Source: Lactobacillales bacterium (GTDB lineage Bacteria; Bacillota_I; Bacilli_A; RF39; UBA660). From it: DNA of 64,000 nucleotides. Shown one piece after another: positions 21,134-30,582 of this stretch (positions are counted from its first letter, which is position 1; each line of letters starts with the position of its first letter). The stretch covers positions 167,381-231,380 of the forward strand of contig SVAG01000001.1 of assembly GCA_015059545.1 (NCBI GenBank). The letters run 5' to 3'. The translations under genes and the position numbers were made by a program. Under the pieces are notes generated by a model. The model did no database searches. It saw nothing but the letters and a program-made list of their open reading frames with translations, and was not told where the DNA came from.

Positions 21134-21766
21134 ATGAAAAAAATATTTTTTGGAGTAGTTAGTTTCTTTATTATGATGATTAATGCTAATGCAGCATGTG
21201 ATGATGAAGAAATGATTAGATTATCAAAACTTGCTAATAATGTAGCAAGTAATTACTATTTTGATCCAGAAACACAAAAATTTGAAATAACATTTACAAA
21301 TGTTACAAAAGAAATTGTTATAACAGATTTAATTAATGGGCAAATGTATAATGAAGATATTGAATTTACAATAAAAAATTTAGAATCAGGTAATTATAGA
21401 TTTAATATTACATCAACTGATGTTAGTTGTACAGGTGAAACATTAGTTACAAAATATATAAATTTACCTTATTATAATAAATTTTATACATCTGAAGAAT
21501 GTAAGGGTATAGAAAATTATTCGTATTGCAAAAAATGGGTAAAAAATGAAATATCAGAAAGTATTTTTCAAAAAAAAGTAACTCAATATAAAGAAAATTT
21601 AAATAAAGAAATAAAACAAGAAGTAATAGAAGAAACAGTTTTGGATAAAATAAAAAAAGTAATTCTTGATATATATGTAAATTATTATTATATAATTTTA
21701 CCTTTATTCATAACTATTTTATGTATAATAATTTATATAAAAGATAAGAGTGATGATATCTTATAA
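21134..21766 (+). CDS. Small signal-peptide plus C-terminal-TM protein, partner family copy 1 (210 aa)
   Basis: The ATG at 21134 follows AAGGGTGA. Signal peptide ...INANA, then CDDEEMIRLSKLANN, CKGIENYSYCKKW and a C-terminal TM (YYYIILPLFITILCIIIYI). It is a paralog of the ORF at 25651. Confidence 0.7.
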   Translation: MKKIFFGVVSFFIMMINANAACDDEEMIRLSKLANNVASNYYFDPETQKFEITFTNVTKEIVITDLINGQMYNEDIEFTIKNLESGNYRFNITSTDVSCTGETLVTKYINLPYYNKFYTSEECKGIENYSYCKKWVKNEISESIFQKKVTQYKENLNKEIKQEVIEETVLDKIKKVILDIYVNYYYIILPLFITILCIIIYIKDKSDDIL

Positions 21767-21780
21767 AAGGCGGTGAAAAT

Positions 21781-24700
21781 ATGAATAAAAGAAAAAACAT
21801 GTTTATAACATTATTGATTATGTTTTTTTCTTTTGTTTGTGTAAATAAAGTGACTGCTTTATATAATGGTAGTGGTGGAACAGGGTATGATGGTGGTTCA
21901 AGAGGTGACTGTGGAAGTATAGTAAACTGTTCATACAACAACTCTAATATGTTAATAATGCAAGCGAGATTATATTACATTAATAATGGTTCGTTTTCTC
22001 ATATTGGGAAAACATATTATTTTGTAAATAAAAATGCTTCGGATTTTTTAGCTGGCAAAGGACTCAATTTAATTTATATAAGTGCTTTTGATGGATATGG
22101 AAAAAATTATCAAAAAGCTAGTAAATATTTAAAAGAAACATATTTTGGAAATACAGCAACTAACCCAAAAAAAGATACAGCAATAACTTTTTTAAATAAT
22201 GTTACAAGTTCAGATAATTATCTGAAGGTTTTAACTAAAAAAAGTGAATTTGCAAATAAAACGACAGCAGCAAAAAAAGGATATAGAATTATCATAGAAC
22301 CTGCTAATAATTATGCTAATCCTTCATTCAGTAATAATACACATGCTTTAATTACAGTAAAAGGTATGGCAGGTGAAGTAAAAGGTGGAGCCCACATATC
22401 ATGTTTAGGTACACCTGGAGCAACTACTACTGTGTGTGGTAATCCTTTATTAGGTAATGGATCACAAGCTCAGTTATTATTCACAAATTTTAAAGATGTA
22501 GGAATTTCAGCTGCATCAAAAGAAATATGTGAAAAAATTACAATAAATGGACTAGCTGATATAAAAAAAGGTTGTGGATATAATATTGTTGATATTAGCC
22601 AATATGTTGATGAACCAGAATGCTATGTTAGCAGTTTAAATGGAGCATTAACCTGTGATAATACAGATGAAAACAATGTTACAGATTTTACTGAAACTTA
22701 TACAAAATTAGAAAAGTGCCCAGCTGATATATCAGAAGACGAACAACAACAAATTAGTAAAGATGGAAAAATAATAGGTACAACTATTGGAACTTGTACT
22801 ATGTATTGTAAAGAATCAGCGATTGCTAGTTTTCCTGGAAATGTAGGTAACTTAATTCAAAGAGGATCTTATTTTGCATGGCCAACAAGACCAGATGATA
22901 CAAAAGGATTATATAGTATGAGCATGCAATCAACATTTACTTGTAAAATACAAGATGAAGGAGCTGCAGATACAGTAGCTGCTACATATACAAGAAAATG
23001 TATTGGAAATACTACAGAATTTGATGAAGATAATTGTAGATCAAAAACAGAAACTAAAACTAGATTGTGTCCAAAAGATTACTATTTAAGCGGAACTACA
23101 TGTTATAGTAATGCAACATATTGTGCTAATGGTGTAAAAGAAAACGGGAAGTGTAAAATAACGACATATTATTGTGCATCAGGATACACACTTTCAGGAA
23201 AAAAGTGTTATACATATGCTTGTCCAAGTGATTCACAAATTTATAGTGGCTCAGGTTCAAATATGCTGTGTACTAAAACTGAAAAAGTGTGTCCATCTGG
23301 ATGGAATCCATATGGAACATCAGGAACAGAATGTGCTAAAAATGCAACTCCTATATATAGCTATAAATGTTCGGAAGGTTCGTTAAATGAATCATCTTGT
23401 TTAAAAAATGCAACAACAACTAGATTTTGTCCGTCTGGGACACAAAATGGTGAATGGTGTTATAGAAGCAAAGCACCTAATGCAAGTTGTCCTCAGGGGT
23501 GGACAAAAGTTACAGAATATAAATGTAAAAAATATACTAGTTCAAAATACACTTGTCCATCAGGTTGGACACCATATGGAACATCAGGATCACAATGTAA
23601 AAAAAATGCTACGAAATATATTAGTTCTTACTCTTGTAAAGAAGGGGACTTAAAAAGTTCGATGTGTGTAACAAAAAAAGAAAATAAAACAACGATATTT
23701 AAAGCTACAAAAGTAGAGGTTAATGCATATACAAAAGTGACATATGAAAATCCATATAGTAAGACAACTGCTTCTACTTGCCCAGAAGGCACTGGTGATT
23801 CAGGAGGAAAATGTTATATCTTATCAGAAAAAGTGACAACTGATTATAGATGCCCAAAAGGATACACTTTAAATGGAAAAACTTGTGTTAATAATTGCGA
23901 TAAAACAAAATTAATAAATAATGTAAAAGAAATATTAAAAAATAATAAATATGAAGCTCATCTAACAGCGGGTACAAATAATCCACTTACAAATATTAAA
24001 TTACAAATTGCAAAAATAGAAGAAAATTATGATGATAATAAACTTGTTTTCACCAAGAAAGTATATTTTAAAATCCCATCAGATGCTACTAGTGGTAAAA
24101 ATAGATATTATAATAAAATAACAGGAATTGTTTCTGATTCATCTTCTTTAAGTAATACAATTTTTGATAGAGGAGAAGGAGTAGTATCAACAAGTTTAAG
24201 AGATAAAATTCTTGTTGGTAATAATATAAAAAAATATGAGCTAAAAATCACAGGAGTTAAATTAGGTACAAATAATCAATTTGGAGAAAAAATAACAAAT
24301 TATACATGTAATTATAGTGTCACTGATAATGGTGATGATTGTGTATGTCCGGATGGAACAACGAATGCAGGTGTATCAATTAAATATTTAAAGAAACAAT
24401 TATGTGAAAGTGAACAAGGAACAGAAAACAAAACATGTGTTGATTGGCAAAATGATCTTTGTAATTATGATGGTACAAACGGAAATGAAATAGAAGAATG
24501 TACAGTAACTAATAAATTTTATTGCATAGATTCTAAAAATAGTAAAAAAGATAATCCTATAAAAATAGATATAACTAGTTGTGTAAGATCATTAATGGCA
24601 AGTACAGGTTCCAATTTAGAAGAATCTATAACAAAATGTACAAATGCTCAATCAAAATGTACAAATGAATATTGTATTAATTCAAAAACAGGAGAACAAA

Positions 24701-25509
24701 TTTTAATTAAAGATTGCTTGGAAAATAATTCTAGAATGGCTTGTTATGAAAAATATGGATGTTTACTTGATATATGTGAACCAGGTAAATGTTGTACTGG
24801 AAAATGTAATTGGACTTATAAAAATCTTGAAAAAATGGTTTATGGTATACAAACTTGTAATAATGACGGAAGAACTAATCAGTATTGTGGGTTTGAAGTA
24901 TATTGTTCCACAGATAAAACAACATCAAAATCAGCAAAACAATGTATAGAACAACAATTAAATACAAATGATGTTTTGAAAAAAATAAGCACAGGTTTAA
25001 ATCAAAGTGAACTTCAAAGAGCTATAACAGCTTGTGAAACTAAAGTTTGTTCAGTTAATTCGAAAATTGTTTATAGAACTATAGATTTAACAAATCCGTT
25101 CCCTGGTAAAAGTGATAAGAGAAATGAAGTAGGATTTTCGTTATTAAATCAAAAAAGTAGAACACCGGGATACAATTGGAATTCTAAAAACACAGTAAAA
25201 GAAAAAATATTAAATGCTAGAGGTGTAGAAGGATATAATTTATATAACAAACAACCACTTATTACAATAACATTAACACCTAATGATATAAAAGAAATCA
25301 GAAAATATAATGAAAAAACAGCATATAATGATTTTAAATTAAAATGTGTTAATAATGATGAATCGTCATCTTGTATTAGTTACTTTTTACATTCAAGTTC
25401 TACAACACTTGGTAAAAACCTTAATATAAAAGGAGTTAGTAATTGTACTAAATTAAATGCTTCATCAAATGTTCAAGATTTTAATAAATGTTATAATTCT
25501 AACAATTAA
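21781..25509 (+). CDS. Giant secreted Cys-rich protein, paralog 2 (1242 aa), with a central CPSGW/CPxGY Cys-repeat cassette
   Basis: It starts 14 nt after the partner gene. Signal peptide ...VNKVTA. The conserved blocks (GYRIIIEPANNYANP, RGSYFAWPTRPDD, DCVCPDGT, KIVYRTIDLTNPFPGK, PGYNWNS) are colinear with paralogs 1 and 3. Confidence 0.85.
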   Translation: MNKRKNMFITLLIMFFSFVCVNKVTALYNGSGGTGYDGGSRGDCGSIVNCSYNNSNMLIMQARLYYINNGSFSHIGKTYYFVNKNASDFLAGKGLNLIYISAFDGYGKNYQKASKYLKETYFGNTATNPKKDTAITFLNNVTSSDNYLKVLTKKSEFANKTTAAKKGYRIIIEPANNYANPSFSNNTHALITVKGMAGEVKGGAHISCLGTPGATTTVCGNPLLGNGSQAQLLFTNFKDVGISAASKEICEKITINGLADIKKGCGYNIVDISQYVDEPECYVSSLNGALTCDNTDENNVTDFTETYTKLEKCPADISEDEQQQISKDGKIIGTTIGTCTMYCKESAIASFPGNVGNLIQRGSYFAWPTRPDDTKGLYSMSMQSTFTCKIQDEGAADTVAATYTRKCIGNTTEFDEDNCRSKTETKTRLCPKDYYLSGTTCYSNATYCANGVKENGKCKITTYYCASGYTLSGKKCYTYACPSDSQIYSGSGSNMLCTKTEKVCPSGWNPYGTSGTECAKNATPIYSYKCSEGSLNESSCLKNATTTRFCPSGTQNGEWCYRSKAPNASCPQGWTKVTEYKCKKYTSSKYTCPSGWTPYGTSGSQCKKNATKYISSYSCKEGDLKSSMCVTKKENKTTIFKATKVEVNAYTKVTYENPYSKTTASTCPEGTGDSGGKCYILSEKVTTDYRCPKGYTLNGKTCVNNCDKTKLINNVKEILKNNKYEAHLTAGTNNPLTNIKLQIAKIEENYDDNKLVFTKKVYFKIPSDATSGKNRYYNKITGIVSDSSSLSNTIFDRGEGVVSTSLRDKILVGNNIKKYELKITGVKLGTNNQFGEKITNYTCNYSVTDNGDDCVCPDGTTNAGVSIKYLKKQLCESEQGTENKTCVDWQNDLCNYDGTNGNEIEECTVTNKFYCIDSKNSKKDNPIKIDITSCVRSLMASTGSNLEESITKCTNAQSKCTNEYCINSKTGEQILIKDCLENNSRMACYEKYGCLLDICEPGKCCTGKCNWTYKNLEKMVYGIQTCNNDGRTNQYCGFEVYCSTDKTTSKSAKQCIEQQLNTNDVLKKISTGLNQSELQRAITACETKVCSVNSKIVYRTIDLTNPFPGKSDKRNEVGFSLLNQKSRTPGYNWNSKNTVKEKILNARGVEGYNLYNKQPLITITLTPNDIKEIRKYNEKTAYNDFKLKCVNNDESSSCISYFLHSSSTTLGKNLNIKGVSNCTKLNASSNVQDFNKCYNSNN

Positions 25510-25540
25510 AATACTATTGAAAAAACAATAGTATTTTTTT
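25508..25540 (+). terminator. Intrinsic terminator after giant protein 2
   Basis: AAAATACTATTG (25508-25519) pairs with CAATAGTATTTT (25526-25537) around a 6-nt loop, followed by a T-run. Confidence 0.65.
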
Positions 25541-25585
25541 GTAATCAAAATGTTTAAAAAATAACCATTTAATACCATTATTTAT

Positions 25586-25613
25586 TTGCAATTGAAAAAA
25601 AATATGTTATAAT
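25586..25613 (+). promoter_or_regulatory. Sigma-A-type promoter for partner 2 / giant protein 3 and downstream Tad genes
   Basis: TTGCAA at 25586-25591, a 16-nt spacer, and the extended -10 TGTTATAAT at 25605-25613. Confidence 0.55.
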
Positions 25614-25650
25614 TAATAATGAGAATAGGAGACTAAAGGAGGCTGGCGTG

Positions 25651-26292
25651 ATGAAAAGAAGATTTTGTTTTTTTCTTTTGCTGTTTCTAATAGTCTTTAT
25701 ACCACATAAAACAAAAGCACTATGTGATGATTCGGAATATATAAGATTATCGAAATTAGCGCAAAATATAAAAACAGCATATGTATATAACTCAAAAAAA
25801 GATAATTTTACAATAACAATAACAAATTTAAAAAAAGATCTTAGAATAGAATATTTAAATGATTCAAAAAAATATATTACTGATAAAGAAATAAATATAT
25901 ATAATTCTTATTCAGGAACACATACTTTTATGATATATGCTAATAGTGGTAGTTGTGCTAATGAACTTATGACAACAAAATATATTAAATTACCTTTCCT
26001 TAATCCATATGCTGATGATGATATGTGCAAAGGTATAGAAAATTATGTATATTGTCAAAAATGGAGTAATGTAAACGATAACAAAGAATTATATTATAAA
26101 AAAATATTTGAATATAGAAAAGAATTGGAAAATAAAAAAGAAAAAAAAGAAATTGTGCAAAATAATGAAAATGCAGTTTTTAAATTTATAAGAGAAAAAT
26201 ATGTTGAATATTATCATATAATTTTACCTTCTGCTATTTCAATATTATGTCTTGCAATTTATATAAAAAATAAAAAAGAAAGTTTAGTGTAG
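25651..26292 (+). CDS. Small signal-peptide plus C-terminal-TM protein, partner family copy 2 (213 aa)
   Basis: AGGAGG at 25637-25642. Signal peptide, then CDDSEYIRLSKLAQN, CKGIENYVYCQKW and a C-terminal TM (YYHIILPSAISILCLAIYI). An alternative GTG start lies at 25648. Confidence 0.7.
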   Translation: MKRRFCFFLLLFLIVFIPHKTKALCDDSEYIRLSKLAQNIKTAYVYNSKKDNFTITITNLKKDLRIEYLNDSKKYITDKEINIYNSYSGTHTFMIYANSGSCANELMTTKYIKLPFLNPYADDDMCKGIENYVYCQKWSNVNDNKELYYKKIFEYRKELENKKEKKEIVQNNENAVFKFIREKYVEYYHIILPSAISILCLAIYIKNKKESLV

Positions 26293-26299
26293 AGGTGAA

Positions 26300-29266
26300 A
26301 TGATGAAAAAAATATTTGTTACACTTTTTGGAATTCTTTGTTGTTTAAATTTCACTAATGTAAAAGCTGCTTACAATGGTGAGGGTGGAGTTTTTGTTCA
26401 TAATGATGGTAATAAAGAATGTGAAGGGTCTAATTGTCAATATGATAACTTTAATAGATTTTATGTAAAATTAACTTTATATTATATTGATAATGGAAAT
26501 TTTGAAACAATAGAAAAAACTAAATCATTTTATGTAACTAGTACAAGTTACAAAAATTATTTAACAACAAGTTTAGGTGTGCCAGAATCAAGCGTATATA
26601 CATTACCTAAAAAATGGCAAGATAAACTTGATAAAATTAGTAATACTGATTCGAAAAGATATGAAAAAACTTCTAATCTGTTAAAAGATTGTTTCGGTGA
26701 TCAAATGGAAAAAATAGATAACATTAGAAGTAAAAATTTAAAAGATTTTTTGAATAAAGCAACTGGTGGAGATTATGAAAGCGTTTTGACAAAAGATACA
26801 GAAAATGCAAACCGTAATGGTTTAATAAGCGAAGGAACTGCAGCAAAAAAAGGATATAGACTTGTAATAGAACCTGCTATTGCATATACAAATGCAACTT
26901 GGGCAAATGGTGGAGGAGGAATCCTTACAGTAAAAGGAACTGCTCAAAAAAGAGTTAGTGGAGTTAGTTTTAGAAGTTATAGTTTACCTCTAATTCCGGG
27001 TGAAGGTGACCCAAAACAATTACCACAATCACAATTTCTACAAACAAGTTTTGATGATGTTGGAATAAAAGCTCAAAGTGAAGGATATTGTGAAAAAAAA
27101 GTTACACTTAATCAACTTGCTGATTTAAAAAATGGTTGTGGATATAATATTATTGATATTGGTAGATTTATAAAACATTATTGTTATTATAAGAATGTAG
27201 AAGATGGAAAATTAAAATGTGTTAATAAAGATCAAAATAATAATGGTGATTTTAAAGAAACATATACCAAAAAAGAATGCTCTACAGAAGAATATAAAAC
27301 AAATACAAATACAAAATATGGAAGATTGATTAAAAAAATAGATAATTGTTCAGTTTATTGTATTGAATCAGCAACTGCGAGTTTTCCAGGACATATATCA
27401 AAAACTTTACAATTAGAAAGTTTTTCTCAAAAAGGTAATTATTTTACATGGCCATCTAGAATAGGTACTAATGGTATGAAAATGTATATGAAAACAAAAT
27501 TAACATGCCATATAAGAAATAATGATGGAAAAACATGTAGTGAAAAGAATATAGAAAGCTTACAAAAAGCTGTTAAATCAGAATTGGATAGTTTAGAAAT
27601 GAAAGCTTCACTAAAAGCTGGGACAAATAAAGAAATAGATGGAAGTTTAGTTTCATACATTGTTAAAGGTCAAGATATAGAATATAAAAATAAAGAAACA
27701 ACTACATATACAGATGGTTATAGAAATGAAAATTGGAATAATGTAAAAGTCAATAAAAAAGAAGATGGGGAAGTATGGAGTAACAAATTCTCTATTGAAA
27801 AGAAAATTTATTTTAAAATTCCTAATGATAAAAATAGATTATATAATAAAGAAAGTGGAAATGTATTTGATGGTATAGCTTCCACTGGAAAAAATATATA
27901 TGATAGAAAAGAGGGAGTTGTCTCTTTGTTATCTGATCAAGATACGAAACCAATATATAATTTAGAAATAAAAAATGTACAATTAGGTGCAGGTAATCAA
28001 TTTGGAACATTAATTGATGAATATAAATGTAATTATAGAATAACAACTCAACCACCATGTGCTTGTCCGGAAGGAACAGTAATGGAAGGGACATCTTTAT
28101 ATGACAAATTGACAGAAGGAAAAACATGTGCTGAATTACAAGAAACATTGTGTAATGTTTGTACATGTCCTCCAAATGCAGCAAATCAATATGAAAAAGA
28201 ATTAGTAGGAGAAGAAGCTACAACAGCAGCATGTAAAAAATTACAAGACGAAAAATGTTATAATTATGACTATTGTACTTTTAATGGTAAACAAATAAAT
28301 CTTACATCTTGTATTGATACGAAAATGAAAGAAAATGGACTGACTAAAGTAGAAGCTTCTACTTATTGTGAACAAATGTTATGTCCAGAATGTACAGATT
28401 CATATGGAATTAAACATGATTTATCTGCTTGCCTAGAAACTGGGAGACCATATATTCTGTGTGAACAAAAATATTGTCCAGGTCAAGTATGTATAGATGA
28501 AGATTGCTATGAATGTAGTCAGAATTGTAAATGGACTTTAAAAGAAAAAACAAAAACAACAGTTGCATATAAAAAACGTTGTGATGATGGAGAAAATTGT
28601 GGATACATTAAAATGTCATGCCCAGCAGGAAATGAAAATATGCTTAATGCAGACAGTTGTATTAAGACACAATTGAAAGATGATTTAAAAGGAAATAGTG
28701 TTGCAGATGGTCTTACTAAAGGATTAATAACGGATGCAGATGTTAGAAGTGCATTTGCTGCTTGTGAAGAAAAAGTTTGTCCATATTCAGGTAGTAAGAT
28801 AATTTATAGACAAATAGATTTAAATGATCCATTCCCAGGTAAAAATCATAAAGGAACTGGAGAAACAAAATATTCAAATAATAATCAAAATGTTAAAAGT
28901 AGAAAACCAGGTGAAAACTGGAATTCAGATGATGTAATAAAAACAAGAATTTTGGAAGCAAGGGGAGTAAAAGGATATGAGTTATATAATAAAGATCCTT
29001 TATATATAATTGTTCTTACTCCAGATACTATGAAAAAAATACGTGAGTATAATTCAAAAAATAAATATGATGATTTTGAATTAACTTGTACAAATATAAA
29101 CAAAACATCTCATTGTATAAGTGATTTCTTGCATAAAGGAATTGGTAATTTAAATCCAAGTGATTTTATTAAACCATCATATGGAAATAAAAATAGTGTT
29201 AATGCTTGTTATAATATGGATTATAGTGAAGGTTCATTTAATAACTGTTATAACGAGAATAATTAA
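26300..29266 (+). CDS. Giant secreted Cys-rich protein, paralog 3 (988 aa), lacking the central Cys-repeat cassette
   Basis: It starts 7 nt after the partner gene. Signal peptide ...FTNVKA. It shares the N-terminal (GYRLVIEPAIAYTNA) and C-terminal (CACPEGT, KIIYRQIDLNDPFPGK, PGENWNS) scaffolds, and the cassette is replaced by a short linker. An alternative ATG lies at 26303. Confidence 0.85.
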   Translation: MMKKIFVTLFGILCCLNFTNVKAAYNGEGGVFVHNDGNKECEGSNCQYDNFNRFYVKLTLYYIDNGNFETIEKTKSFYVTSTSYKNYLTTSLGVPESSVYTLPKKWQDKLDKISNTDSKRYEKTSNLLKDCFGDQMEKIDNIRSKNLKDFLNKATGGDYESVLTKDTENANRNGLISEGTAAKKGYRLVIEPAIAYTNATWANGGGGILTVKGTAQKRVSGVSFRSYSLPLIPGEGDPKQLPQSQFLQTSFDDVGIKAQSEGYCEKKVTLNQLADLKNGCGYNIIDIGRFIKHYCYYKNVEDGKLKCVNKDQNNNGDFKETYTKKECSTEEYKTNTNTKYGRLIKKIDNCSVYCIESATASFPGHISKTLQLESFSQKGNYFTWPSRIGTNGMKMYMKTKLTCHIRNNDGKTCSEKNIESLQKAVKSELDSLEMKASLKAGTNKEIDGSLVSYIVKGQDIEYKNKETTTYTDGYRNENWNNVKVNKKEDGEVWSNKFSIEKKIYFKIPNDKNRLYNKESGNVFDGIASTGKNIYDRKEGVVSLLSDQDTKPIYNLEIKNVQLGAGNQFGTLIDEYKCNYRITTQPPCACPEGTVMEGTSLYDKLTEGKTCAELQETLCNVCTCPPNAANQYEKELVGEEATTAACKKLQDEKCYNYDYCTFNGKQINLTSCIDTKMKENGLTKVEASTYCEQMLCPECTDSYGIKHDLSACLETGRPYILCEQKYCPGQVCIDEDCYECSQNCKWTLKEKTKTTVAYKKRCDDGENCGYIKMSCPAGNENMLNADSCIKTQLKDDLKGNSVADGLTKGLITDADVRSAFAACEEKVCPYSGSKIIYRQIDLNDPFPGKNHKGTGETKYSNNNQNVKSRKPGENWNSDDVIKTRILEARGVKGYELYNKDPLYIIVLTPDTMKKIREYNSKNKYDDFELTCTNINKTSHCISDFLHKGIGNLNPSDFIKPSYGNKNSVNACYNMDYSEGSFNNCYNENN

Positions 29267-29278
29267 GGAGGTATATAA

Positions 29279-29680
29279 ATGAAAGAGTCTTTTTGGGGAA
29301 CAATGATATTATCATTTGGAGTAATAGCTATAGTTTTTATATACTTTTTCCAAAATATTACTAATACAGATCAACAAAATTACAACTTACTAAAAGAAAC
29401 AACAGAAGCAGCAATGTATGATTCGATTGATCAAGTAGAATATCAAAAAAATGGTAATATAAAAATAAATGCAGAAAAATTTATTGAAAACTTCATAAGA
29501 AGATATGCAGAAAATGCAAGTTTATCAAATACATATGTTATTGAAATTTACCATATTAGTGAATATCCTCCGAAGGTTAGTTTACTAGTTAAATCTTCTG
29601 AATCAACAAATGCGACAGGAGAAATAATGGAATTTGATATAACAAATAGAATAGATGCTATTCTAGAAACACCATATTAG
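29279..29680 (+). CDS. Pilin-like/TadE-like protein with a short G-terminated leader (133 aa)
   Basis: MKESFWG followed directly by a hydrophobic helix, TMILSFGVIAIVFIYFF. The RBS is AAGGAGG. Confidence 0.5.
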   Translation: MKESFWGTMILSFGVIAIVFIYFFQNITNTDQQNYNLLKETTEAAMYDSIDQVEYQKNGNIKINAEKFIENFIRRYAENASLSNTYVIEIYHISEYPPKVSLLVKSSESTNATGEIMEFDITNRIDAILETPY

Positions 29681-29744
29681 TTCTAAATTTTGAAATTCAA
29701 AATTAGATATAAATACGAAATTAAGGAAGAAAGGGAGATAAGAA

Positions 29745-30572
29745 ATGAATAATTTTATGATTTCGTTACAAAAGTTTTTTAAAAACAAAAACACAGTTAC
29801 TATCATTGGAGTAGTAGCAATAATCTTAATCTTGTTTTTTGGATATCGTTACCAAATCAATAAACAAGTAAGTCCTGTAACAGGTATTCCAGTTGCAGCA
29901 ACAACAATTCAACCAAGAACAAAAATCACAGACGATATGTTAGAATATATCGATGTAGCACCAATCGTATTACAAAAAGGAGAAGTAATAACTAATAAAA
30001 ATGCTATAGTAGGAAAATATAGTAATTATAATACAGTTATTCCAAAAGGTAGTATGTTCTATAATGCTACAGTTATTAATGAAGAAGAATTACCAGATTC
30101 AGCTTTCATAGAAGTTGAAGATGGACAAGTTCCATATAACTTCCCAGTTACAATGGATACAACATATGGAAACTCAATTTTCCCAGGTAATTATGTAGAT
30201 ATCTACATGAAAGCTGTAAGAAAAGATGGAAAATTAATGGTAGGAAAATTACTTGAAAATGTTAAAGTATTAGCTGTTAAAGATTCAGCAGGTAGACATG
30301 TTTTTGAAAACAGTCAAGAAGCTAGAACACCAGCATTCTTAATCTTCGGTGTATCACCAGAAGTAAATATATTACTTAGAAAAGCAAGTTATATGAGTAG
30401 TTATTCTACAGTATTATTCCCAGTTCCACATGGAGCAACAATTGAAGAAGAAGGAGCAACTGCTGTTACTTCACAAACATTAAAAGATTTCATAAATGCC
30501 AATACAGTAGCTAATGATGAAATTGAAGACAAAAAACAAACTACTGAAACAACTACAACTGTTACAGAATAG
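29745..30572 (+). CDS. cpaB: Flp pilus assembly protein CpaB/RcpC-like (SAF domain), membrane-anchored
   Basis: 275 aa. N-terminal TM segment, then a SAF-like segment IPVAATTIQPRTKITDDML...ITNKNAIVGKYSNYNTVIPKGSMF. It lies directly upstream of the CpaF-like ATPase. Confidence 0.6.
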   Translation: MNNFMISLQKFFKNKNTVTIIGVVAIILILFFGYRYQINKQVSPVTGIPVAATTIQPRTKITDDMLEYIDVAPIVLQKGEVITNKNAIVGKYSNYNTVIPKGSMFYNATVINEEELPDSAFIEVEDGQVPYNFPVTMDTTYGNSIFPGNYVDIYMKAVRKDGKLMVGKLLENVKVLAVKDSAGRHVFENSQEARTPAFLIFGVSPEVNILLRKASYMSSYSTVLFPVPHGATIEEEGATAVTSQTLKDFINANTVANDEIEDKKQTTETTTTVTE

Positions 30573-30582
30573 AGATAGATAA

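Noticed and set aside
23174-23653. The + strand ORFs of 70 and 81 aa (and 24746-24949) within giant protein 2, and the minus-strand ORFs inside giant proteins 1 and 3 (18780-18977, 19900-20109, 20632-21027, 27439-27660, 27822-28184, 28885-29103)
   Set aside because: They are alternative-frame or antisense ORFs nested within long, paralog-supported reading frames. They lack RBSs and have compositionally odd translations (His/Gln/Val-rich or Phe/Leu-rich).
17222-29266. Sortase-anchored pilus or adhesin interpretation of the giant proteins
   Set aside because: I found no LPXTG-like sorting signal with a C-terminal hydrophobic/charged tail in any of the three. No sortase gene lies in the window.
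29686-29704. Perfect 9+1+9 palindrome AATTTTGAA-A-TTCAAAATT between the 133-aa pilin-like gene and cpaB, somewhat CodY-box-like
   Set aside because: My rough estimate is that perfect 9-bp inverted repeats made only of A/T plus one G/C pair should occur many times by chance in 64 kb of this composition. It differs from the CodY consensus AATTTTCWGAAAATT in the core and has no T-run to make it a terminator. I record it but do not call it.
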